Source: Candidatus Uhrbacteria bacterium
GTDB lineage: Bacteria; Patescibacteriota; Patescibacteriia; UBA9934; GWF2-40-263
Direction of reading: 5' to 3'
Length of the DNA: 54,939 nucleotides
Assembly: GCA_026395055.1 (NCBI GenBank)
Contig: JAPLZK010000002.1
Span: 1 to 54,939, forward strand
Below the pieces are notes generated by a model, which ran no database searches, was not told where the DNA came from, and saw nothing but the letters and a program-made list of their open reading frames with translations. Position numbers and translations under genes: made by a program. This document shows positions 35,697 through 44,320 of the stretch, piece by piece (within the stretch, counting starts at the first letter, position 1; each line of letters opens with the position of its first letter).

Positions 35697-37547
35697 TTAG
35701 TAGCCAGTAACACCTTGTGCTTCGAGCACGCGGAGTTCTTTTGTCCATGCTTCACGATCACGATCTGCGTGTTCCGGATTCGGAAGCAGCGAGCGTCGTG
35801 TGGTGTTCATGTATGCTTGAAGCAGTTGGTAACGACGTGTCGTTTCGATGTCTGCGGGAAGTTGATCGTGAATGAGTCCAAGTACTTCCTCGAGCGTCGC
35901 ATCTTTTTTGCGAATGATAAGCGCATCGAGTTCGCCCTTGAGCAATTGAAATGCTCCGGCGGAATACCCTTTCAATGCGGCCTGGATTTTCCCCCATTCC
36001 TCACCTTCGCGGTTTGGAATGAGATGTTTTACTGGGTGCAATGTCAGTTCAACAAAATCGTCGAAGTCTGCCCCGATCGGATCATCCATCGGAATGATGA
36101 TGCCAAGTCGACCAGGTCGGCGCATGTCGGGCGACAGCAAGTGAAAGCGTGCGCTCATGAGGAGCCACACGACTTTTCCACGCAATCTAGGATCCGACAT
36201 CCATCCTTGAATCGTGCCTGTGAGGCGACGTTCGGTGTCATGTACGTTGGGTCCAACACCACCGAAAACTGTATCTGCTTCGTCTACGAGAATCATGACT
36301 TTTGGAAGCGAGATGAGGATGCGATAAAGCTTTTCCAAAATCACATCCGTTTGTCCAAACCATTGGGAACGGATGTTCTTTAGGACCAGTACGGGCATGC
36401 CAAGAGCTGCCGCAACGGCTTCGAAGAAGAAGGATTTTCCGCCACCGATTGGACCCGCAACACCAATGCCGGTGATCGCATCTTTGCCGGTTGAGATGAG
36501 TCGTGCGTACAACTCATTCTCCCAGAGGTCCTTTTGCTTTCGGCATCCGACAACGTCCGCGATGGAATGGATCGGCTGTTTGAATTCAACCGTTCCTTTT
36601 CTAAGTTGTGACTGGATGTAGTCATCGATTTGCACCACGACATCTTTTGGAGCGACAGGGACTTTGTCGTGGAGTGCACCTTTCAAAAGCTGGCTCAGCT
36701 TTTGTGAATTCAGAGCCATTGTTGCTTCTGCGAGGGCATCCTTTGTACTATAGACGGGCAATACCCCCGTTACCTTCGTTGCTTCAAACCACTCAATGAA
36801 ATGCCTGCGCGCGGTTTCATCCGGCGAAGGGATTTCTATGGTCAAGACTTGCGGCAACGTTGTCACGCGACTGTTCATGAGGCTTACGGATTCCGTGAGC
36901 ATGAGGACCGCGTTGCGGCCATGTGCAAAACTTGGATCCGAGAACCAATCCTGACAGATGGACAATCGCAGCCGATCGGTTTCAGACAGACGAGAGATTT
37001 CCGCTTCCGGAAGAATCATATCTGCCCATTCGATGATCACGATGAGTCTGCATGGTTTTTCTTTCTTGTCTTTCGAGTCGATGAAATTGACCGGGGTCTG
37101 GCAGAAGGCACGCAACAATTGAAGAGCAAGCGCGGGGCGCTCGACGCTCATTGTCATGGTGCGATCAAACACCGCTCCTGGTTCTTCCAACTTCTTGCGG
37201 TCCATGTCTGTTGTCGCAAGTAATTGTTGGATGGCGAGGGTGTTGGAATCCATCCCAGATTTTGCCGCAACCCACGCATCACGCATTTTCTTTTTATCTG
37301 CATCATTTTGGAAACGAATCTGTCGATTCGGTTCGTAGATGATTGGCATAATATCTTCGCGTCCACTCCATTTGCTCGCAAGGTATTCCGTCAAACTGAC
37401 GTATTCCCCATTGTCTCCCTCGTTTTTTCCGGGGAGATAAAACAGATCGTGGACATTTCCGGACAGAACCAAAGAGTTCGATTGTCCTGAGTTCAATACG
37501 CGATTGACCTGTGCGCGAAACGCATGGTCAAATTTCGGATCGATCAT
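35697..37547 (-). CDS. tandem AAA+ ATPase (degenerate N-terminal module + canonical classic-AAA C-terminal module)
   Basis: C-terminal module: GVAGPIGGGKSFF (Walker A), VMILVDEADTVF (Walker B), LLMSARFHLLSPDMRRPGRLG. N-terminal ~370 aa: NSLVLSGNVHDLF and LIVIIEWADMILPE in the equivalent positions, with no P-loop Lys. ATG 37547 overlaps the ABC ATPase stop (ATGA). AAGGAG SD. Confidence 0.85.
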   Translation of the reverse strand: MIDPKFDHAFRAQVNRVLNSGQSNSLVLSGNVHDLFYLPGKNEGDNGEYVSLTEYLASKWSGREDIMPIIYEPNRQIRFQNDADKKKMRDAWVAAKSGMDSNTLAIQQLLATTDMDRKKLEEPGAVFDRTMTMSVERPALALQLLRAFCQTPVNFIDSKDKKEKPCRLIVIIEWADMILPEAEISRLSETDRLRLSICQDWFSDPSFAHGRNAVLMLTESVSLMNSRVTTLPQVLTIEIPSPDETARRHFIEWFEATKVTGVLPVYSTKDALAEATMALNSQKLSQLLKGALHDKVPVAPKDVVVQIDDYIQSQLRKGTVEFKQPIHSIADVVGCRKQKDLWENELYARLISTGKDAITGIGVAGPIGGGKSFFFEAVAAALGMPVLVLKNIRSQWFGQTDVILEKLYRILISLPKVMILVDEADTVFGGVGPNVHDTERRLTGTIQGWMSDPRLRGKVVWLLMSARFHLLSPDMRRPGRLGIIIPMDDPIGADFDDFVELTLHPVKHLIPNREGEEWGKIQAALKGYSAGAFQLLKGELDALIIRKKDATLEEVLGLIHDQLPADIETTRRYQLLQAYMNTTRRSLLPNPEHADRDREAWTKELRVLEAQGVTGY

Positions 37548-38461
37548 TTCAACACTCCTTGTACGTCGCCCGAAGCGACTTGGTTCCAGAAAAGGCAATG
37601 CATTTTCGGATCGAGATCGCGACCTGCGAACACGACTTTGCGCAATTCTTCTGCCTGCGCCATTTCGCGTGTGGCGGCTTTGTCATAGACAATCGTCGCA
37701 CCGGGAAATGATTCGTGTCCTTGATCACGCCAGTTCCAGTGTTTGGAAAAACCGATGACGCGATCTCCAACACTCACAGATTCTTCAAGCGAGTGCGTGA
37801 CCATGATGATGGTGTAGGGCGCAAGAAGTCCCGCGCGCACTGCCTTCATATTTTCCGCGTAAAGATCACGCAACAGTTGCCGCGCATCATCGCGCGTTTC
37901 TTCATCGAGCGCACCGAACGGTTCGTCGAGAAGTAACACTTCTGGTTCCATGATCAGCGCTCGCGCAATCGCGACGCGCTGCTGCATGCCACCTGAGAGT
38001 TCGGACGGAAATCGATTCAGGGCTTCACAGAGGCCAAGCTTTACAAGAAGCGCTTCCGCTTTTGCAAGATGCTCGTGTCGTTTGTGACACCAAGAACCGG
38101 TGATCCATCCAAACGCACGACCCGGAATAGATGTTTCGTTCAGCATGGGGCCGAGCGCAACATTTTCAAGGGCGGTGAGGTGGGGGAACAGAGAATACTT
38201 TTGGTACACCATGCCGCGATCGCGACCGTGTCCGTCTACTTCATGCTCTGCACCAAGGGTGGAGACGAGCATCCGTCCGGAGGACGGGGAGAGGGAACCG
38301 ACCGCAATGTTTAGGAACGTGGACTTTCCACATCCGCTTGAACCAACGACCCCAACGATTTGTCCACGCGCGATTTTGAGGTCGAGTGGAGCGAGAACCT
38401 GTGTGGTTCCGAATCGTCGCGTCATCGCTTCGCATGTGAGGACGATATTGTATTCGCTCAT
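37544..38461 (-). CDS. ABC transporter ATP-binding protein (NitT/TauT-like family)
   Basis: GSSGCGKST (Walker A), MVYQKYSLFPH, LSGGMQQRVAIARAL (signature), LLLDEPFGALD (Walker B). ATGA overlap with the permease stop. Confidence 0.92.
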   Translation of the reverse strand: MSEYNIVLTCEAMTRRFGTTQVLAPLDLKIARGQIVGVVGSSGCGKSTFLNIAVGSLSPSSGRMLVSTLGAEHEVDGHGRDRGMVYQKYSLFPHLTALENVALGPMLNETSIPGRAFGWITGSWCHKRHEHLAKAEALLVKLGLCEALNRFPSELSGGMQQRVAIARALIMEPEVLLLDEPFGALDEETRDDARQLLRDLYAENMKAVRAGLLAPYTIIMVTHSLEESVSVGDRVIGFSKHWNWRDQGHESFPGATIVYDKAATREMAQAEELRKVVFAGRDLDPKMHCLFWNQVASGDVQGVLK

Positions 38462-39402
38462 GAGTTCGCCTCCTTTTTGTTTTGGCGATGGAAGAGGTTT
38501 TGGATCTTATTTAGCATCGCGAGCAGAAATCGATCAACGAAGTCTGGTGGTGTATCACTCTCGTACCAGCGGCACGTGAGTCGTACGATCTTGCGAAAGA
38601 TGTACGAGATAAGGAGTCCAACGACGCCGAGCATCATCACGTACGGGAAGGTCATGAATGTCCGACCCGAACGGTTGAGCTGCATGAATCGGTGGCCAAT
38701 ACCATCGGATCCCACAATCCATTCTGTGCCCATAAGGAACACAATGGCGGGAGGAATCGACTGACGAACAGCCTCGATGATTTGTGGCTTGATTTGTGGG
38801 TAGACCACATACCACGTTACTTCTTGTGGGGATGCACCAAGAGTTTTCGCACTGAAGACATGTTCATCGGAAACACTTTTCGACGCGAGGTAGACGTTTT
38901 TCGTAATCGCCACACAGATACCAAACGCCATGACGCCCCAGAAGAGGGGATTCGTCACGTGGAAGAGGGCGAGAAAGAAAACGGTCATGCCATTTGCCGG
39001 AATATGTTCCACGACTTCCATGATCGGGAGAGCCATGCGGCGAAGATAATCGTAAAGGCCCATGTAGATTCCTACCGTGACGCACAAAAGACTTGTGCCA
39101 CTAATCGCGATAAGTAGCCGTGGGGCAGAAACAAGAAAATCTTTCCACAGAATATGATCTCCGGACTGCGGATCAAGAAACACGAGAAGCTTGAGCCCCT
39201 CAAACAATCGATCAAACCTTGGCACAAGAGGAAATCTCGGCATGGGCGGAATCGTGTTTGTTTCCGAATAGGCAAGTGCTGTGTACACAAGGAACACGAG
39301 CACAAGTCCAAGCACAGAAAAAAACATTCCGAGTTTTGGGGTTAATGGCTTTCGTTGCGTAAAGATCAGCTTGAGTGTTTTTGAAAACACGGACACCTCC
39401 AT
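38458..39402 (-). CDS. ABC transporter permease (NitT/TauT-like family)
   Basis: Multi-TM. EAA-loop-like AKTLGASPQEVTWYVVYPQIKPQIIEAVRQSI. Sits between the SBP and ATPase genes. Confidence 0.88.
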   Translation of the reverse strand: MEVSVFSKTLKLIFTQRKPLTPKLGMFFSVLGLVLVFLVYTALAYSETNTIPPMPRFPLVPRFDRLFEGLKLLVFLDPQSGDHILWKDFLVSAPRLLIAISGTSLLCVTVGIYMGLYDYLRRMALPIMEVVEHIPANGMTVFFLALFHVTNPLFWGVMAFGICVAITKNVYLASKSVSDEHVFSAKTLGASPQEVTWYVVYPQIKPQIIEAVRQSIPPAIVFLMGTEWIVGSDGIGHRFMQLNRSGRTFMTFPYVMMLGVVGLLISYIFRKIVRLTCRWYESDTPPDFVDRFLLAMLNKIQNLFHRQNKKEANS

Positions 39403-39439
39403 TGCTGAATTTCAGTTCATCAGTCTTTCTGACGCGCTG

Positions 39440-39469
39440 AAAAAAAGAGCCAAGAGCGATTCTCTTGGC
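39440..39469 (-). terminator. hairpin + T-run after the SBP gene (internal attenuator/terminator)
   Basis: Minus strand: GCCAAGAG aatcg CTCTTGGC TCTTTTTTT. Confidence 0.55.
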
Positions 39470-39508
39470 AGAAGATTCTGAACCTTGCTTCGCGAGGCGA
39501 GGTGCAGA

Positions 39509-40726
39509 CTAGTTGAGGTAGCTCGCGTCGAAACGCAGCACGGCCGAGGGCGCTTCCGCCTTCGTGCCAAACGCGGTCGGGACAGGGCCCGGAATGGACT
39601 TCGTGACCGTCCGCGAGAATTCATCCGTGAGCGGAATCGATGCCTTGAACTCGGGAGAGCTGAACACGGCTTGCGCCTGGTCCGGCTTGATCGCAAGCGT
39701 GAGCGTGAGCGCGAGTTTGATCACGTCAGGCGCGGTGTTCGAGAAGTTCTTCGACACCGCCGCGAGCGTGGCGCTTTCGGTCGTCGGATTCTGCACGCGA
39801 TTCACCATGGTGGTGTACGCCTCGGCAATCGCCTTCACAGCTTCCTTGCCACCGGGGCGATCGAGCGCCGACTGGCCGACCACGAACATGTCCGTGATCT
39901 CGTACTTGCCGATCATGCTCGAGTTGAACAGGCTCACGACTTCCGGACGCGCCGCCTTGACCTTCAGGGTCTCCGGGCTCCAACCAACGAACGCGCGCAT
40001 GGACTTGTCCTTCGCCGCGAATTGGGTGCTGCCGTCGACCGGGTTCAGGTTCATGAACGGGTAGTCCTTGATGTCGCACTTGTTGATGGTGCAGCCCCGC
40101 CAGTGCAGGTACCGCGAGACCGACATTTCGTCACCGAACACGGGCACGCCTTTCAGCTGGGCCCAGGTCTTGATGTCGGGGTTGGTCTGGATCTGATCCG
40201 CGCCTTCCGAATCGCTGGTTGGGAACACGGCGACGGATGCGTCCTTCACCGTGTCGAAACGCGACTTCGCAACGGACAGGGCGTCCGTGTTGGTAATCAG
40301 GACCGCGTCCACGGTACCGCCTTGGTACTGTTCCATGGTCTTGCCGTAGTCGGACTGCGCAAAGACGATGTCGACGCCATTCTTGCGTTCGTACTCGCCT
40401 TGCTTACCTTCTTCGCCGTTGATGAGCCCGGCCTGATGCGAAGCAGCGAGCAGCGACCAGGTCGTGTACTCACTCCACGCGACCGTGAACTTCGGCAGAT
40501 TCGCGATGACCGCACCGGTCGGATGGGCCGGAAGGGTCGGATTCGGCGCGACGTTTGCGGGCACGGGATTCGCAGCCGCAGTTGCCGCCGGAGCTTCGGC
40601 CGCGGGGGCCTGGGCGACGGGCTCGTCCTTGGGGGCGTCATTCTTTTCGGTCTCGGTCTTGCCGCAGGCGGAAACCGCGAGGGCAAAAACGATGGCCATG
40701 ATGTAACTCGTGTAGCGCTTCAACAT
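39509..40726 (-). CDS. ABC transporter substrate-binding lipoprotein (NMT1/SsuA-like)
   Basis: Lipobox ALAVSAC, Ala/Pro-rich linker, then a periplasmic-binding-protein-like domain. Directly upstream of the permease and ATPase genes. Confidence 0.8.
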   Translation of the reverse strand: MLKRYTSYIMAIVFALAVSACGKTETEKNDAPKDEPVAQAPAAEAPAATAAANPVPANVAPNPTLPAHPTGAVIANLPKFTVAWSEYTTWSLLAASHQAGLINGEEGKQGEYERKNGVDIVFAQSDYGKTMEQYQGGTVDAVLITNTDALSVAKSRFDTVKDASVAVFPTSDSEGADQIQTNPDIKTWAQLKGVPVFGDEMSVSRYLHWRGCTINKCDIKDYPFMNLNPVDGSTQFAAKDKSMRAFVGWSPETLKVKAARPEVVSLFNSSMIGKYEITDMFVVGQSALDRPGGKEAVKAIAEAYTTMVNRVQNPTTESATLAAVSKNFSNTAPDVIKLALTLTLAIKPDQAQAVFSSPEFKASIPLTDEFSRTVTKSIPGPVPTAFGTKAEAPSAVLRFDASYLN

Positions 40727-40886
40727 GTGCAGAACTCCCGTGTCTCAGTCGTAGACCGAAACGTCTGTAGGTTTAGGATCACGACCCGATCCTGGTAGGT
40801 TGGCCACTGTCTGCAGAAGGACATCTCCTGCGTCTAGTGCTGTGTGGGACATTCCCACGAGGCGAGTTCATATGATCTCGACTCGT

Positions 40887-40915
40887 GTAAAAGGGTGATT
40901 GACGAATCAATCACC
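40887..40915 (-). terminator. hairpin + T-run after the pspA-like gene
   Basis: Minus strand: GGTGATTGA ttcg TCAATCACC CTTTTAC. Confidence 0.55.
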
Positions 40916-40932
40916 AGAGGGAAACAAAGGAA

Positions 40933-41775
40933 CTAGTTGAGCACGCCGGTTTCGGTCGTGCCCGCAGCTTTCTCGGCCGGAGCCTTGGCTGCGTCTTCGG
41001 TCTTGACGGCGTGTGCGATCAGAGCCGCAAACTCGTCGTCGGACGCGGGATCGCGATAGGCATCCAGATATTGTGCATCGGAATTCTTGGTGTCCGCGCC
41101 GGCGAGCATGCCAGCCACGCGCGCCTGAGATTCCGTGCGAGCAACGCCTTCTTCGATTTCCTGGAGTACCTTGGAATTGCTTCCGACAGCAGCCAGACCG
41201 GACTCACGATCATGCTGACGCTTCTCTTCCTGTGCCTGAATGACACGAGAGATGAGTTCGTCTGCCTTCGCGCCGGTTTTCTCGATCTGTGCATTTTGTC
41301 GACGCAGATTCAGCATCATGTTGTCGATCTGCTTGTCATCTTCCACGATGCCGGCCTTGAGTTGATCAACCAGGGCCTGCTTGGAAGTGATCTCCTTGGT
41401 CTTTTCATCGTTCTTGTCACGATGCTTCTGCATTTCCTGGTCGGCTGCCATCTCTTCGGCGGAATTCTTGCCGGCCTTCGCGAGTTCTGTGGCACGTGCC
41501 GTGATTCGCTGCCTGGCAGAGGCACGCACCTTTTCCGCATCGGCAATTTCTTGCGAGAGCTGAATGATCTTCGTACGCTTCTTTGTCTTTTCGAGATCAC
41601 GTCCCGCGATCGAGTTCGAATACTCGCGCGCGTTGTGACGCATTTGCTCGACTTCTTCGTCAACGACCGCACGAATCACGTTCGGATCGGAGTTCATGGT
41701 CTTGCGAGCCTCGTCGATCCGACCAGTCATCGCATAACCCATTGCCTTGAAAAACCTGCCAATCGCTCGGAACAT
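40933..41775 (-). CDS. pspA: PspA/IM30-family (ESCRT-III superfamily) protein
   Basis: N-terminal amphipathic MFRAIGRFFKAMGYAMTGRIDEA, followed by ~220 aa of heptad-rich helix with the PspA-like layout, then an acidic/Ala-rich tail. AGGAG SD. Confidence 0.75.
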   Translation of the reverse strand: MFRAIGRFFKAMGYAMTGRIDEARKTMNSDPNVIRAVVDEEVEQMRHNAREYSNSIAGRDLEKTKKRTKIIQLSQEIADAEKVRASARQRITARATELAKAGKNSAEEMAADQEMQKHRDKNDEKTKEITSKQALVDQLKAGIVEDDKQIDNMMLNLRRQNAQIEKTGAKADELISRVIQAQEEKRQHDRESGLAAVGSNSKVLQEIEEGVARTESQARVAGMLAGADTKNSDAQYLDAYRDPASDDEFAALIAHAVKTEDAAKAPAEKAAGTTETGVLN

Positions 41776-41831
41776 AGAGGACTCCTGTGTGTCGAAGGTT
41801 ATTCGACGGTGGTTTGTCTGAGTTGTTCAAG

Positions 41832-42611
41832 TCAGACGGGCTTGTCCGAGGGGGTTTCCCTCAGATACTCGGCATCGCTCTCTGCGATACCGCTTCGGAG
41901 ACGATCCTCCGCACGCTCTGCAACACCGAACAAGGTGCGTATTTCGTCTAGATTCTGTTCCAGGGCTTTTCCACCCATGCTACTTGCCGTCAATCGCTTG
42001 GCAGCAAGTTCTTGTGCTCGGGCATACTGACTCCCGAGTTCTTGTAAGGCACGATCGACGTCATCGAGAAGGCGGTCCGCCGACTTTTTGACTTCGAGTT
42101 GTGCCGATCTTGGCATGCGAGAAGCAGATTGACGCATGTCAAAGGATTTTTCCAACCACTTGATTGCGTTTGCAAACAATCCTTCGATCTTGTTTGTGAT
42201 TTCCGCCACGATGACGTCATCCAATCCTTCTTTCCAGGACGCGTCATGCAGAAATGTCGCGCGGACATTCACAAGATCGTCATAGAGGTGTTCGTCACGT
42301 GTGTCATTGTCCGAAGCGAGTTTGTTGCGTAGCGAATCGAGTTTGCTCTGCTGAGCGTTCACGATTCCACTTCGAACTTTCTCTACTTCTGTTGTGATAA
42401 TTCCATCTCGCTTTACGATCCAGCGATACGAAAGTGTTCCGAGGCTTGTAAGCAAGCAAGCGATTCCTCCAAAGAGCCAGGCTCCCGGATTATCCGCAAG
42501 AAATGCTGCATAGCTGAACGGAATGGCGGATGCGCCAAGAGGAAAAAGTATGCTCCAATGTCCGAAGAGTTCCACTCGGACTTTTTGCTTCAACACATTC
42601 TCGTCGAGCAT
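41832..42611 (-). CDS. 2-TM membrane protein with cytoplasmic coiled-coil domain (PspA-adjacent)
   Basis: Two hydrophobic helices (WSILFPLGASAIPFSYAAF, WLFGGIACLLTSLGTL), then ~190 aa predicted helical. 56 nt upstream of pspA. Confidence 0.7.
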   Translation of the reverse strand: MLDENVLKQKVRVELFGHWSILFPLGASAIPFSYAAFLADNPGAWLFGGIACLLTSLGTLSYRWIVKRDGIITTEVEKVRSGIVNAQQSKLDSLRNKLASDNDTRDEHLYDDLVNVRATFLHDASWKEGLDDVIVAEITNKIEGLFANAIKWLEKSFDMRQSASRMPRSAQLEVKKSADRLLDDVDRALQELGSQYARAQELAAKRLTASSMGGKALEQNLDEIRTLFGVAERAEDRLRSGIAESDAEYLRETPSDKPV

Positions 42612-42621
42612 CCGAGCCCCC

Positions 42622-44169
42622 TTAGTAGGGTCGTTGGGAGAGTTGAAACGTCACGCTTTGTGCCGTACCACTCTGCGTTTGAGAAGGTTCCGCGCTCGTT
42701 TTCACACGCGCGACCGCAATGCCGTTTGAAATCAATTCATCCACCACACTCTTTGAGCGCGCTTTCGCGAGTTCAAGGTTTGCGGCAGGGTCGCCGTCGT
42801 TGCGAGCATGACCGATCACCGTGAGGTAATAGGTTGGCCAGGCCTTCAGACGATCCGCAACGTCTTTCACGTCGCGCGTTCCTTGGATTTCAATGTCTGC
42901 TTTGCCGCGAGCGAAACTGATCGCTCGAGCATCCATGTCGCCAACGGTGATGAGGGATTTCCACTCGTCGTCCGTAAGGGCAGGGAGATTTGCCACACCG
43001 CGTACGATTTCATCTTGGGCTTGGCCCGGATGAAAGTTCGCTTGCTGCATGGCGCGCAGTGTTCCGTCGTAGTACAGGTCTTGCTCGTGTCCATCCGTTG
43101 GATTGGACTTGAGCTTGCCCGTCTTCAGAAGAAACTGCGAGATACTTGCGATCATTTCGCGCATGGTCGGAAGTCCGTGGAGGTCGGCAGCGGACAGGAG
43201 CCCGAACTGCGCGTAGTTTTCCATCGTGTTCTTCCACTGAATCCCATTCGCGATTTTTTTCGCTTGTTCTTCCGTGAGGGTATCGCCATTCAATTTCGCG
43301 TCGTCCATCACAAGCTTTGTCATGCCGTTTGGTGCAACCTGGTAGGTGTGCAACGCACGGAAGTAAGCTTCCTCGACCGCACGCACCACAGTGGGTTGTT
43401 CGATCAAGAATTTGCGATTGACCGCGAGGACGTCGACGATGGCCCCGTTGACCTTCGACGTGTCGTAAATCTGAATGACGCCCGGAAGGGCAAGAGCTTT
43501 CGACAGCGCCGGTTCCCAAAGGACATACGCAGTCTTTGCATTCTTGTCTGCCTTCTTCAGTTGATCCAAAACATCGTCCGGACTCTTTGCGCTCACAAGC
43601 CAGTCTTGTGAACCGAGAGCGGGAAGCATGTTTGCAACCAGTTGTCGCGCAAGCGTTTCGCTTGGCGAGTCTCCGGTCGCAACAATCTTCGTCTGAGCGC
43701 GATTCAGTGCGGCTGCATTTTGAACGGCTTGCTTGTAAGCAACCATTCCGTCTGCGCCGTTTGAGTCATCGATGAGAAGAAAGATCGTGACGTCGGCAAG
43801 AGCACTCTCTGAAATACCAGCGACGATATCACTGTCGATCGTGAAGACAGCCATATTGAGATCGCCTTTTTTGAGCGCCTTCATCCGATTGCCATACATG
43901 TCCGTGTCGTCGGCGGCGGGAGCAATCACTTGCACCCCAATTTCTGAGCGACCCAGTTGGTCACGGAAATTCGGTGAGCGGAGGACGGCGTAGCCCGGGA
44001 ACGAATCCGCACCAATGCGAACATTGGTTTTGTAATTCGTTTGCGAGCTTGTCTGTGCGACGCGTGCTTCTTGGATTTTCGGAAGCAGCAATTTCTTGGC
44101 TGCGAATCCGAGTCCGAAGACAAGGCCGATCACGACGAACGTGAGAATGATCTTCTGTTTGTTTTCCAT
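42622..44169 (-). CDS. membrane-anchored solute-binding-domain / OmpA_C-like fusion protein
   Basis: N-terminal TM IILTFVVIGLVFGLGFAA, an NMT1-like PBP domain, and a C-terminal OmpA-like YYLTVIGHARNDGDPAANLELAKARSKSVVDELISNGI. Confidence 0.8.
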   Translation of the reverse strand: MENKQKIILTFVVIGLVFGLGFAAKKLLLPKIQEARVAQTSSQTNYKTNVRIGADSFPGYAVLRSPNFRDQLGRSEIGVQVIAPAADDTDMYGNRMKALKKGDLNMAVFTIDSDIVAGISESALADVTIFLLIDDSNGADGMVAYKQAVQNAAALNRAQTKIVATGDSPSETLARQLVANMLPALGSQDWLVSAKSPDDVLDQLKKADKNAKTAYVLWEPALSKALALPGVIQIYDTSKVNGAIVDVLAVNRKFLIEQPTVVRAVEEAYFRALHTYQVAPNGMTKLVMDDAKLNGDTLTEEQAKKIANGIQWKNTMENYAQFGLLSAADLHGLPTMREMIASISQFLLKTGKLKSNPTDGHEQDLYYDGTLRAMQQANFHPGQAQDEIVRGVANLPALTDDEWKSLITVGDMDARAISFARGKADIEIQGTRDVKDVADRLKAWPTYYLTVIGHARNDGDPAANLELAKARSKSVVDELISNGIAVARVKTSAEPSQTQSGTAQSVTFQLSQRPY

Positions 44170-44247
44170 TGCCTGCTTCCTCCTTGTTCGATTAAGGTTT
44201 ACTTTCGAACTTAGTCCACATCCGAGACATTCTTGGACATGAGCTAA

Positions 44248-44274
44248 GAGAAAAGGTCGTTTCAGAGAAACGAC
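44248..44274 (-). terminator. hairpin + T-run after the VWA gene
   Basis: Minus strand: GTCGTTT ctctg AAACGAC CTTTTCTC. Confidence 0.5.
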
Positions 44275-44286
44275 AGAGTCTAGTCT

Positions 44287-44320
44287 CCCTCGCCTTCACA
44301 AGGAGGGGGCTGGGGGGTGG
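44287..44320 (-). repeat. C-tract + GC hairpin 3'-UTR element, copy 1
   Basis: Plus strand CCCTCGCCTTCACAAGGAGGGGGCTGGGGGGTGG, abutting the VWA stop codon. Other copies at 47769-47806 and (inverted) 52891-52924. Confidence 0.8.

Noticed and set aside
35286-35761. ORFs spanning the tRNA-Ile/Phe/Pro cluster (35286-35609 minus, 35395-35658 plus, 35417-35761 minus, 35500-35748 minus)
   Set aside because: They run through three well-folded tRNA genes and two terminators.
40727-40886. TPP (THI-box) riboswitch ahead of the NMT1/THI5-like SBP gene
   Set aside because: A CTGAGA hexamer and several hairpins are present. The ACCTGATCTGGATAATGCCAGCG-type second half and the correct motif order are absent.
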